Assembly (NCBI GenBank): GCA_964036045.1
Contig: OZ038378.1
Location: 17,422,001-17,486,000 of the forward strand
Reading direction: 5' to 3'
Source of the DNA: Eutreptiella sp. 'Long Island Sound 2002'
Taxonomy: Eukaryota; Protista; Euglenida
Length of the DNA stretch: 64,000 nucleotides
Under the pieces are notes generated by a model. It had not been told where the DNA came from and made no database searches. It was given only the letters and a program-made list of their open reading frames with translations. Below are positions 1-11,365 of the stretch, piece by piece (the stretch's first letter is position 1; each line of letters opens with the position of its first letter). Both the position numbers and the translations under genes were made by a program.

Positions 1-596
1 TTTTGTCATCTCTGATCAAAACAGGCTTCTCCTGATGGTCCTGACTCACCTGCACCCACTTTACACCCCCAGAGCGTGCTCTTTTGCGTACCAAAGGCTT
101 TTGTGGTGCATCGGGCGAAGCAACAGCACGTTGGCGTGAATTTGTATGCAGACATGGTACCTGCCTGTTGACAAAAAGACGCAGCAGGCAACACAGGCAC
201 CGTCCGAAACGGACAAAGATCTCAAACATGTCGTCAGTACAGTATGCAGACACAGGCTGTTCCAAATAGCCCTGTTCAAGGGCTTTCCGAATATACCCCA
301 CATACCCCTACCTACGGGACACCCAGTGAGCACAAATCGGGCAACAATGGCACCAACCCCTGAAAACGCTCCGTGTTGGCACCTTCCCCACGTCCCAGAG
401 AGATATGGGATATACATACATAAGATAAACACCGGAAATGCAACATTCACCGTACACGTATCCCGGTATGGGCGTAATAGATCATACATCCTCATCCCCG
501 TTTCAACCCGGGTGTTGACGTTTTCGGGCAGGATAGAAAGGACGAACACAAAAAGAAGAAGGAGGAAGAATGAATTGCAATCACCAAGCCACATGC

Positions 597-1318
597 CACC
601 GAGCCTGCTACTTCAATTGCTACTCCCAATACGGAAACCTATGTGTATGCTTAATGGGATTCTTGATGGCCCAACGCCACCGGACGAACGTAACCACTCT
701 GTTGCAAGGTGGGTAAGTGGTGCATGGCCCAGTGTATACCTACTTCTCGTCGGCTCTGGCGCTTCCTCCTCCTCATCCCTACTGCCTTCAAAGTAGAGGA
801 TGATCCAATCCCCATTTCTATCCCATTGCATGCCATTATCAACGCCGCTTGTCTTGTCCACATCGTATCCATTAAGGCGAGTTGGTATGAGCATTGCAAC
901 AATCGATTGTGCCATGGTTGTTGTCAAACGGCGATCTTGCTCTGCATACCGCCCATTGGCCCTGCATCTGACGGTTACCTCCAATTCCGAAGTTTTGCCC
1001 CACAAAGTGTGGATAGTTGGCAGGACATAAGATGGCATCGTGCACACGTCATCAAGATGATGACGATCATCATCATCCACATTGTAAACCTGGTACCGTC
1101 CAAACTTTGAAGTGTCCCAATTGTATTCAAAATTGACTTGAATATATTTCCCGTCACCCCCCAAGTTCAGTCGAATGTCAACCTAGCCTTCATATTTAGC
1201 ACCATGTTGTCCCAGGAGAAAGTCATGGATTTTGGCAAAGTCACATTTTGAACATCCGTGGTGGTGTGTAGTTGCCCACCATTTCCACATTTCTTTCGTC
1301 ATCTTTCTTTACTACATC
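597..1318 (-). pseudogene. Copy A of a tandemly duplicated degenerate ORF of unknown function
   Basis: ORF 613-1164 plus its upstream continuation (DGCSKCDFAKIHDF...EG*VDI, in-frame TAG) aligns by eye with copy B (shared VNFxYNWDTSxFGRYQVY, MPSYVxPxIH, TLGHAPxTHLAxEWLRSSGGVG). No family recognised, and the coding strand is not proven. Confidence 0.4.
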
Positions 1319-1546
1319 GGTTGGTTGGGCCGGGCTGGCAAGAGGGTTTGCCATATCCAACAACCTTGACTCTAACGTCAACAATGTGCTATTTGTCATT
1401 TCAATCTCCTATGTTTTTTTTTTGCCTGCAATTGACTCGTGGGTTAGGTTCCATTGGGTTCAATGAAATGGAGGCAATTGTATGTGCAACGCACATTGCA
1501 GCAGATAGCTACCGTAGACTGCGATGCTGATTGGATTTTATGTAAC

Positions 1547-2346
1547 CACCGAGCCGGCTACTTCAATTGCTACTCCCATTACGGAAATCTGTGTGTATGC
1601 TTGATGGGATCCCTGATGGCCCAACGCCACCGGACGAACGTAACCACTCTGCTGCAAGGTGGGTAAATGGTGCATGACCCAGTGTATACCCACTTCTCGT
1701 CGGCTGCGGCGGTCCCTCCATTGGACTAAGTAGAGTAGAGGATGCAAAGTAGAGAATGATCGTATCGTGCGGTCTCCATATCGTTAACCATTGCATGCCA
1801 TTGTCGACGCCGCGTATCATGTCCATTTTGTACCCATTAAGGCGAATTGGTATCAGACTTGCAACAATGGATTGCGCCACGGTTGTTGTCAAATCTTGAT
1901 CTGCAATCAGTTGGTCCCCTGTACAATTGGCATGACACATCACAATGTGCATCCCTCGCTGTGCTGCCACTGCACCTAATGGTTATCTCCAAAGTCGAAG
2001 TTTTACCCCGCATATTGTGGATAATTGGCGGGACATAAGATGGCATCGCAGGCACGTTGCGATCAACGTTGTAAAAGATATCATCTGGGGCTAACTCATC
2101 GTAAACTTGGTACCGTCCAAACGTTGAAGTGTCCCAATTGTATTGAAAATTGACATGAATAGAAACCCCGTCGCACGTCCCAAAATTCTGTCCAATGTCA
2201 AGCCAGCCTTCATATTCAGCACCATGTTGTGCCAAGGGAAAGTCATGGATTTTGGCAATAATGCCACATTCTGAACATCCGTCGTGGTGTGTAGTTGCCC
2301 ACCATTTCCACATTTCTTTCGTTCTTTTGTACTTTCTTTACTACAT
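1547..2346 (-). pseudogene. Copy B of the same degenerate ORF (frameshifted near 1970)
   Basis: ORFs 1837-2313 and 1563-1970 lie in different frames and together match copy A along its length. The DNA similarity extends to the shared flank gtggtgtgtagttgcccaccatttccacatttctttcgt (about 1261 and 2284). Confidence 0.4.
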
Positions 2347-3962
2347 TTGCGAGTTCCCATCACCCACCCCAAACACCCGGCTGAGCTGGGGAGAGGCTGT
2401 CTCACCAGGGGTGGGTATTTGCACCGCCTTTCGTGCGTCCTACACAGTGGCCTACAAGTCTGCGTCAGCTCCATGTTGCGGTGCCTGATATGACCTGGAA
2501 CCAAAATGGATGCTGGGGAACAGGAGGAAAACCCAGTTTCCAAAGGACCAACATCCATGTCCCTAGGCACTGTGCATCTCCGTCCAAACCCTTGCCAACC
2601 CCCTGGGATTTGTGCACAAGCCCCGAGGTCACTTGCCGGCTACTGTGGGGAATAACGGGGTTGAAAGTGTGGGCGTAGCCAGGGGTCTTGAAGGGAGGGT
2701 GCGGAACACAGGGGGTCAAGTAGACCCAGTCCTGTCTCCAGAATCTGGTGAAAACGTTGGGGGAAGGAGGCACAAGGAGGAGGAGGAGGAGGAGTGCTGG
2801 TGCAGGTGCTATGAGCCCATGTTGGCATCGCATGTGGGTAGCCCGTTTGCAGTCCTTTACCAGCGGCGCCTAACACTTCCATCAGACGTGTTATTCATGT
2901 GGGGCGCACTGGTCAATCCCGCATGCTTGCATATGTCTCCAGGGGCGACGCGCACACAACACAGTGCAGGCCACCTCTTCCTCTCCGCCCCCGTCCTTCC
3001 AACTCTGGGCTGGCGGCTCCCCAAAAGGTGCGGCTTATGAAAACTCTGGACTCCCCTAACTCAGAGGCTCCCTGCACCCAGGGGCTGTCGGGGCGATCCA
3101 CAACTGGTTCACATGGGGGACACAAAACCATGCACCCTAAGGCTGTGTCCGTGCCGGATTCAAAGAGGGTCTCCCCTGCTAACTCTCTTTGAATGTAGCA
3201 CATGTTCTCCCACCATCAAGAGCCGTCTGACATGAAGCACTGGTGACTGGACATGCATTTATTTGGAAAGTTGTGGCACATCTGGCGTGGTGCGCCTCAT
3301 GAGTTGCGCCGGTCCGTGCATGTTTTGTTGCATTTCACGCAATTTTGCATCTGGAGGCAGGTCCGTAACCCTCGTTATGGACCATGGGACCATGTCCCGC
3401 CTCATGTTTGGACTGATAAAAGCAACTCGGCTGCCACTCAAGATGAAGGAGAGGTTGAGGCACATGTGTGTGCCTTGTGTTGTTAGCAGCGCTCCACCAT
3501 CAGAGTTGTGGTGAGTGCCGGGAGCATTATTGTGCTGAATGCATTCATGCCCACACTGTTGGAGAAGAAATTGTTTATTAGCCAATGCATGAGTAGTACA
3601 TATTGATGTTGAAATTCTCCATGTTGCCGTGTGCAGTGTACTTTGTAGGGAAGGTTTGCGGTCCACTCTCGTCAAATTGGGGGGCTCCTCTAGGGGACGG
3701 TAAATCCGGGGTTACAATGGGGATAGTTAGTACAAAAGTAGTGCGCTGGGCGCGCACAAACACCCTCCCATAGCTGCCGGCCAGGTTGCTGGAGATGTAG
3801 GAGGCCAAACACAGCCATGGGTTGCGGGTTGCATGCAGATGACATAGCCCTGCACAAAGACCAAAAAGTAAAACTGCAGATGTACAATTGCGCGTCACCT
3901 CTATCCCTATACCCCCCCTGCACATACAAAATTAGGATTTATAAATTTTTATTTCTTTTTGG

Positions 3963-4103
3963 GTAAGAGATAAAGGTGATATTCCTTTAACTGAAGTGGG
4001 TACTCCTTTGAGTCTAAGCAAAGTGGATAAACAAGCGAGTAGTTAGCTGAGATTTTACGGGTCTATAGAAGATTTTACTTTTATTAAGTGGAATCTTTTT
4101 TAG
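3963..4103 (+). pseudogene. ycf4: ycf4 (PSI assembly protein) C-terminal remnant
   Basis: Translates VRDKGDIPLTEVGTPLSLSKVDKQAS, then after an indel LAEIL...SIEDF. This matches the Ycf4 C-terminal pattern (xIPLTxxGxPLxLxxxExxAxELAxFL). Contains indels and a stop. Confidence 0.7.
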
Positions 4104-4127
4104 AGAATTAATTTACAATTATATTGT

Positions 4128-4199
4128 TGGGACGTAGCCAAGTGGTAAGGCAACGGGTTTTGGCCCTGACATTTGGAGGTTCAAATCCTCCCGTCTCAG
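4128..4199 (+). tRNA. trnQ: tRNA-Gln(UUG), plastid type, within NUPT
   Basis: Cloverleaf: acceptor TGGGACG/CGTCTCA, D-arm GCCAAGTGGTAAGGC, anticodon loop TTTTGGC (TTG), T-arm GGAGG-TTCAAAT-CCTCC. One anticodon-stem mismatch. Confidence 0.9.
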
Positions 4200-4215
4200 T
4201 TTAGGATCTGGTCTT

Positions 4216-4303
4216 GGAGAAGTATCTGAGTGGTTTAAAGAGCTCGATTGCTAATTGAGTGTATGTCTTATGCGTACCCAGGGTTGGAATCCCTTCTTCT
4301 CCT
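4216..4303 (+). tRNA. trnS: tRNA-Ser(GCU), plastid type, probably pseudogenised
   Basis: Acceptor GGAGAAG/CTTCTCC, anticodon arm CTCGA-TTGCTAA-TTGAG, long variable arm. The T-loop reads TTGGAAT instead of TTCGAAT. Confidence 0.85.
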
Positions 4304-4326
4304 TTATTTTAATTTCACATTTTAAT

Positions 4327-4407
4327 TGGGCCGTGCTGGATTTGAACCAGCGTAGGATTAACCAACGGATTTACAATCCGCCCCCATTAATCACTCGGGC
4401 ACGACCC
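4327..4407 (-). tRNA. trnY: tRNA-Tyr(GUA), plastid type, probably pseudogenised
   Basis: Reverse complement reads GGGTCGTGCCCGAGTGATTAATGGGGGCGGATTGTAAATCCGTTGGTTAATCCTACGCTGGTTCAAATCCAGCACGGCCCA, anticodon GTA. The invariant D-loop GG is GA. Confidence 0.85.
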
Positions 4408-7400
4408 TTAATTCTCACTTGAGCACTGAAGTATAACTTTTTTTAGACATTAAACTCTTATTTTTGTTATTGTGTGTTATTTTGTACGGCTGTTGCCGGG
4501 CCGTCAGGGTTTCTTCCAATGAAAGTAAAAGGAGGGGCTGGTCCATATTCCCAACCGGAAAGGGGCTAGTCCATATCCCCAACCAGAAAGGGGCCATGCA
4601 AAAAGTGTGGAATAGGGCTCCATATCAAGGTGGCCCAAAAAGATGCCCGGCGCGTGTCCGGCGCACTGACGTTGTCCCTATGGGTACCGCCTTGGGCAAA
4701 AGGGGGAGCATTGGACGCGGTGCACATGCGGTGGGGAAATGAGAGCGCGGCGGACTCCAGGCGGCCACGCAATGACCTGCAGTACTGCCCACAATGCATT
4801 CACAAGCACATTTGCGGCGACACAGTGGTGCATCAGTCCTATTCCATCGCCGTTCGGTCCATTCCATGTAGATATTTGGCTTTCGAGGTCATATCAACAG
4901 TGGATTAGTTGGCAACCCACACCCCATTTCCTTCAATAATGGGCACAAATTCACCCCCAGGGGGCCTTGCGGCCGGGGGAGAGGAGAGGGGGGGGGGGTT
5001 GGCACAAGGCCAAAGGCCGGGGGAGACGGGGGGGGGGGGGGCTCCTGATGGGGGTCAAAATTGACATACACCAAAGGTCGGAAAAGATGAGTGTCAGTGT
5101 CAGAATCAAAAAGCAGCCCTACAGTGCGGTGTGAGCACCTTCTAGGTACTGCTGTGGCTGCAGGTTTGCATGTTACAGGGCACCATTTTTGCCATGTTTG
5201 TTTGGAGACTGTATGAATCATGTTTGCTGGAGGCTCAGCTCAAAAAGCCCTCACAGCTCTATCAATGCTGCCGGTGCTTGGATGGGCCTCAAGTCCTGAC
5301 AGTGACTGTTGCCAAACCAGCGGCCATTGCGCCCTGGCTGAAAACTGTTGCATGTGCCACACCTTGGTTTGCAGGGACTTCACTTGCTGTAGCACACTAG
5401 TGCACACTTTTACAAATGCACATCGAACACAAAACAGACATATACAAACCAATACAACAAAAACAAACCAATCTGCATCAGTCCAGCTTATATCGACACG
5501 CACGTTTGTGGACCCCCCCCGTGCACAAACCCATTGCATGTGACTTGGAATGCAAGCGACATCAAGCTTTTCTGCTGTTCTGTATTGCAGTGCTAAGGGA
5601 GCCGCCCAGGTCCGAAGCCTTCTGCATAACCCGCCCCCAGGGGGACATTGATGGCTGCATTCTTGGCTACGAAGTGAGCAATCATTGACAGGCCAGACAA
5701 TGCCAGTGCTGTAAACCATCACTTCTATGTTTTGCATCCCTACCTGCTTCTTCCATCGGATTTGACATAAGACCTCTTTTGTTGCGGATGCTCTTGCTGC
5801 TGATGCAGTTCAATGCCGGCATCAAGGGGGAGGCTCAGCACTGGCACATCTACAACATCATGGACCAGTTCCTTGAGCCCTCGGACCGCACGCATGCAGA
5901 ACCAGGCCTGGGGACCACCACCTCGATACCCTTTCTTGAACAACCAGAGCAATCACTTTGAGGGTTCGCTCGCCAAGGTGCACCCCACTGTGCCACTCTT
6001 GGGGAAGTGCCCTAACTCCCTGACTGGCAAGTGCCAGGTTTACCATCTCCCGGAGAAGCCCTGAAGTAGACCTGCCATCCTACCAGCCAAATCAACCCAA
6101 AAACAATCTGGGGAAAGTAGGGTGTTGTTGACCTCGAGCATTTCTGTATCCCAAAAAGCTTGCGACTTTCAAAATACTCAAATTGTGTCAACCCTCCAAA
6201 TTGTCCATTTTCTTGATGAAAGGGTACATCTGCTCTGGCTGCAGCCTTTGGTGCATCAGAACAGCAAAAATGCATTGTGCTCCAAAACCACGAATTACAA
6301 ACCAACAACCTCAAGTCATGCTTTCCCATCAGAATTGCAGTGGCACAAACAAAGCCAATAACCAATTGTTCCATCGTTCTTGTGCAGTGGCGGAGAGGTG
6401 AGTTGGCGCAGGGCAGGAGCTGGTGTGCTGTGCAACAGTGGAGTCTGGATCAATCGCTTATACACGCAAACAGCTCTATTGTAGTGCACTCTGTCAGTAG
6501 GCTGTATGCTCCTCAACACACTACGTGAATCATCCACTCCACGAATGTGGTCATGAACAATTCAGGCCTCAAAAGACTGCCCTGTAAAATGGGAAGCGCA
6601 TGAAAGCTACTGATGTTACTCTACGCGGCTTTTTTTTGTCGCTGATCATTGTTGCTCCATTTGTTTTTTTTCCAAGTGCACCTGCTCCCCCTCCTGCCCC
6701 TGACCCTGCTGTTCGTTGACATATCCATTCAGGCCTGCAATGAGCTGAAGTGTCGGTCCAAGAACCGCAAGAGTCATCTTTGCAGAGAAGACCTCAGAGC
6801 TGATGCAAGGCGAGTAAAGTGGGCGCCCTGCGATTGCTTGCGCATTGCACGTTTGCTGACACTTTTTTTTAATAGCATTAGTAGCATTTAGTAGCACGAT
6901 ATCGAACTGCATTGTTGAATGATCATTACAACGAAATGGCAAATATGAAAATACGTTATATTGCACTTGACTCGAAGTTTTCTGATGTTTGGGGCAGTGG
7001 ACAATGGTCGCCCCTTGAAGGATGTGGAGACCAGGACGTGTTACCATGTGGGGATTCTGCACATCGCTGTGAAGCTCGCAGTCTAATCATCAGTTAAATT
7101 GAGATCATGGCCCTGTGCACCAACTGTCGGCATGCAGTGGTCTGTAAGGTCCCTGAATCCAATAACATAATCAATGAAACATGTGAGGCCTCCAGGAATC
7201 ACAGCACCTTTCAGCCTCTTTGCGGGCCGCGCAGGGGTAGGAGCCAATGAGAACACAGAATCATAAAACACATGCGTACCTGTGGGGAGTTTGACGTTGA
7301 GTTGTGAGGCGGACCCAGGCACTCAAGTCTGGGCCGTCAGATTATGCTGTTCCCCATTCCAGTGCAGAAAGCAAAAAAGAAAACCAGTATCCAAACACCC

Positions 7401-9736
7401 ATGAGAAAGGAGGTCTTGTGCTCATTTGGCTCCAAATATAACCTTCAGGCGCGATCTGTCAGCATCCCCAAATACGTGCACACGCCTGCGCGCTTAACCA
7501 TGCAACCCCCCAACCCTCCAACCCACCCACCCACACCCACACTGCGCTCCACAGGGGCTACCCGCATGTACCTGGGCAGGCGACACAAGACATGATGTGC
7601 GGGTGGCGTATCTTGACAGGGGGCTGGGCTTATTGGGGGTGAAAATTGGGTGCGGGGTCACAGTTTCGATTCGGCCCGCCCCTGATGCTACGTATGCTTC
7701 TCGTCCCCTTTTTGGTGGGCGAACGGATACCAAGTAGCTCGGACAAAGGCCGTAGCTCGGACAAAGGGGGAATGTTTGCCCGGCAGCTACCTTTGTATTA
7801 AGTATCCTATCTCTAGCCCCAAGTGTATCCCCACGTAGGGAAGTCCCCCAAGCAGCTCGCACTAGACCGCAAACCTTCCCTGCAAGGCACCTTGCATGAG
7901 CCGAAATATGAGAATTCAACAACACAAAATGTCACTCCCACCACTTCCAACCACCACCCTTGCCATCATCATAAACTGGGTACAAAGGCTGGGCCAAATT
8001 CTTAGACACGGCGAGAAGGTACTCCAGGTTGTTTGGTGAGGTGGGGGCAACAACAGGCACGGGTGGGGAATGGAAAAAAAAAAGATGCCCGATGCGCGCC
8101 CGGCGCGCTAATACTCCCCCCAAGGCCGTAGTTTGGACAAAGGCCGTTGCTTCGAGAAGGCTGTTGCGTCAACAAGGCCATGGCTTGGACCAAAGAGGCG
8201 AGGGGTACATTCAAGATGCACAGAAATGCATGGAGCATCCAGATCGGTGACAAACTGGAAAAAGACGTGCAGCCCCTACCCCATTTGGAACCATCTCCGT
8301 CCTCAAGGAACAGAGGAACGCATGTGGCCGCGGGGTCAACGGGGGAATCCCATCCCCTTAGCCCTGCTGTGTGCTATACCCTTCGCCCTACGGCGTGTTA
8401 TACTCTGAGCCCAACAGTGTGCTATACCCATAGACGCATGCACAAATAAACTGCAAACGAGAATAAGACAAGAAAGCGGTGAAGGAAAACTCCTCCGGAG
8501 CTGCCGGGCAGCCCTAGACGTCTTTCGGTCTGTTGGGTACAGCCAGAGTTGCAGCGAATGCGACTCCGTGCGCGCTTGGAGTCACACTTTTTGATTGTGG
8601 GGTTCACACGTGTTCACACATTTGTAACATGGGATTCACATGAACTCACACACAACCTCACAGGTTCACGTGCACAAACGCTCCCTCCGGGCAGGGGTGA
8701 GCATTGACTTCAAAGAACGTTGTTTCATTTGTGCTGCATTGGAAGAGGCACGCACATAAGGGGCACACAACGCGACAACAAACTGCAACATGGGCACACA
8801 CAGCAGGACATGAACTCGACGGTCATCACGTGTGTGCACACTTGTCATTTGTGGGGTTCACATGTGTTCACACTTTTTGTTTGTGGGATGCAAAGGAATT
8901 CACAAACACAAAAAAGTGGGATGCGCATTAACTGAAAGTCTGGGTACAGCGCAATGTGCGGCACTGGTCAGTGCAGATGCAATGCAGTAATGAGAATCCT
9001 GACTTCTCCCTGACCCCTACTGCCGCAGCTACGCTGTCAAGTGCCATTAGATTTAGAGCAACAGACCAACAGAAAATACATGGAGGAGTTCGTGCCCAGT
9101 GTTGTCCCAGAAAGAGCAAACCTGTATTAGGGGCGACCGGCCAATCACACACACACAAATACACACACACACACACACAATGAGAACCACAAGACAAGAA
9201 CAGAGCAAAGAAAAGCGGTTGGAGAAACTCCTCAGGAATTGCAGAGCAGTCCGAGACGTCTTTCGGTCTGTTTGTGAATCCGCAATGTGCAGCACCGGGC
9301 ATCTGCGGCAGTTCGTCCCTTGCACCCTGACCGGCCCTCATCTCAGTGCTGCACTACCAACAGCCTCAATTAATCCTTGGAGGAGTTCGTGTCCAATAGC
9401 AGTCTACCCATGCAAACATTTCAAACACAGACACACACACACACTTCGGCGACAAACAGAGCACAGAGAAGACTGGTCTGGATGTACTAGATCTCGTCAG
9501 GTGCAAAGCAGAACAAAAACAGTAGAATGTCCCGCCTGCACTAGGCGCCTTTCTGTGTGAGGAGAAACAGGGCCAGCAGCTCACACACACACACACACGC
9601 ACACGCAGACACAGACACACCGACAGAGGACTATCCTGCCATTACCGACGGATGCCATCCAAGCGCTTTGAACGGATCTTCAACACTCGGTTCACCAACC
9701 ATCCTGTCCTGCCCCCCCCATCCGCTTGCCAGAGGC

Positions 9737-11365
9737 TCACCAGTCGAACTTCTCCGGGTGAAACCGTATCCCGTACTCGCGGCAGACGGCCCGAAGCATA
9801 GCCACCACCTGCTCCGACCCTCCGCAGTACAAGACCCCCCAAGACGCCAGCGTGCCCCTCCCACCGACGGCCAGCAAGAACTCCTCCTTGGTCATGGCCT
9901 GGCGCACCAGCCCCGCCTCCGTCCCCCTTCGGTTCGTCCCGGGCCCGATCGTGTCCCAGATCGACGCCCTGCCGCCGTCACGGCCCGCCGGGGGCCCCGC
10001 GTCGCCGGAGGCCCGGTCGTCGCCCGGACCGCCCGCCTCCCCGTCTTTGCCGGTGACGACCGTAGGCTGCAGCGCGTCGGCGCCGCTCCCGGGCGGCGGA
10101 GGCCGCGCCGCGGTGCCGTCGGCGACGACCGTAGGGTGCGGCGCGCCGGCGCCGCTCCCGGGGGGCGGCGGAGGCCGCGCCGCGGTGTCGTCGGCGACGA
10201 CCGTAGGCAATCGGAGGCTGCCCTTACCCACCCCCTGCAGGTCCTGCGCCTCCCGCGAGGACCCGCTCGAGAGCAGGCTCGAGGGGCGCTTCTTGCCGGG
10301 CGCCGCCACGTGCTGCGGCCCCTCCCGCGGGCTGATCGACTCCGATTGGGCGGAGCTGTCGGTGAGGACCACCGTTGCGAAGCTGGTCGCCGCGGAGTCC
10401 CTCTGGGGGCCGGACAGGCCCTGCCGCATCCCTTCGAAGGAGACCTCGAAGGAGGACTTGGGCGGGACCGCCGCGGACACCACCGGCGTGGCCCCGGCGG
10501 TGTCGCGCGAGCTCACGCTGGAGCCGGGCGCGGGCGGCCGCTGCTTGATGAACAGCGCCCCGCGGCCGGCGGGCTCCAGCGACGGGATCCACGCGAGGCT
10601 GCCCATGTGCAGCACGCGCTCGGGGCTCGGCACGCCTTCGGAGCGCGGGAGGGTGGTCAGCGAGCGGTCGTTGGCGCGGAACGAGTGCATGTCGGGGGGC
10701 CGGCTGGCGAAGCTGTGCACCAGCTGCTCGATCCGCTCGAGCTGCCGCGTCGGCGGGTTGTCCAGGGCCGCCGCGAAGTCGTCCCAGGTGACGCAGCCGT
10801 CCCCGTCCACGTCCAGCGTCAGCACCAGCCGGGGGCTCAGGTCGTCCGTGAACCGCTCGGGCACGACGATCTCCCGCAGGACCGCGGCGAAGTCGCCGGC
10901 GTCGATGTGGGAGCGGGACGCGGTGCTCTGCAGCAGCATCTCCCACAGCTCCTCCGCGGTGTAGTGCAGGAACAGCCGCTGCAGGGACTTCCAGAACAGG
11001 TCCTCGGGGTCCTGCGGCTCCGACTTGAGGGCTTCGTCGAGCGCGCGCGCGCGGTACTCGAAGTCGAGCGCCTCCTCGATCATGTCCTCGGGCAGCCCCT
11101 CCCCGGTCTCGATGCCGTAGATGATCCACCGGACCGTGTCCATGCTCACGACGCTCGTGTGGTCCAGCTCCGGGCGTCCCTTGAGCAGCAGGACGTTCGC
11201 GGGCAGGTCGCGGGCGATGAGCAGGGGCTCCTTCCCGGTGTAGTAGATCAGGTTCCAGGCGCTGTTGGTGAACGCGAGCTGCTCCAGGTAGAACTGCACC
11301 AGCCCCGGGTCCCGGCAGCTCCACACCAGGTTGACCTTGCGCGTCTTGGCGTGGTGGTTGATGAC
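9737..11365 (-). CDS. NOX/ferric reductase-like flavocytochrome, exon 4 (NADPH-binding domain with EF-hand insertion)
   Basis: Acceptor CTGCAG|GTC at 11367-11366, phase 0. Motifs VNLVWSCRD, LIYYTGK and terminal GVLYCGG...HPEKFDW*; EF loop DVDGDGCVTWDDF. GC3-rich. Confidence 0.9.
   Translation of the reverse strand, partial: VINHHAKTRKVNLVWSCRDPGLVQFYLEQLAFTNSAWNLIYYTGKEPLLIARDLPANVLLLKGRPELDHTSVVSMDTVRWIIYGIETGEGLPEDMIEEALDFEYRARALDEALKSEPQDPEDLFWKSLQRLFLHYTAEELWEMLLQSTASRSHIDAGDFAAVLREIVVPERFTDDLSPRLVLTLDVDGDGCVTWDDFAAALDNPPTRQLERIEQLVHSFASRPPDMHSFRANDRSLTTLPRSEGVPSPERVLHMGSLAWIPSLEPAGRGALFIKQRPPAPGSSVSSRDTAGATPVVSAAVPPKSSFEVSFEGMRQGLSGPQRDSAATSFATVVLTDSSAQSESISPREGPQHVAAPGKKRPSSLLSSGSSREAQDLQGVGKGSLRLPTVVADDTAARPPPPPGSGAGAPHPTVVADGTAARPPPPGSGADALQPTVVTGKDGEAGGPGDDRASGDAGPPAGRDGGRASIWDTIGPGTNRRGTEAGLVRQAMTKEEFLLAVGGRGTLASWGVLYCGGSEQVVAMLRAVCREYGIRFHPEKFDW

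Larger units (their letters stand above)
3930..4470. other. NUPT: plastid-derived insertion (ycf4 3' fragment, trnQ, trnS, trnY)
   Basis: Abrupt AT-rich island in about 50% GC DNA. It contains a ycf4-like C-terminus followed by three plastid/bacterial-type tRNA genes. Boundaries are approximate. Confidence 0.85.

Noticed and set aside
4128-4407. Functional nuclear tRNA cluster
   Set aside because: Plastid-type sequences next to a ycf4 fragment, with mutations at invariant positions. Treated as a NUPT.
5779-5961. Short-chain dehydrogenase fragment (FNAGI)
   Set aside because: A single short motif, with no TGxxxGIG or YxxxK and many stops nearby.
7083-7322. pogo/DDE_1 transposase fragment (VIPGGLT)
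   Set aside because: Only a 7-residue resemblance. The expected QPLD motif and any TIRs are absent.
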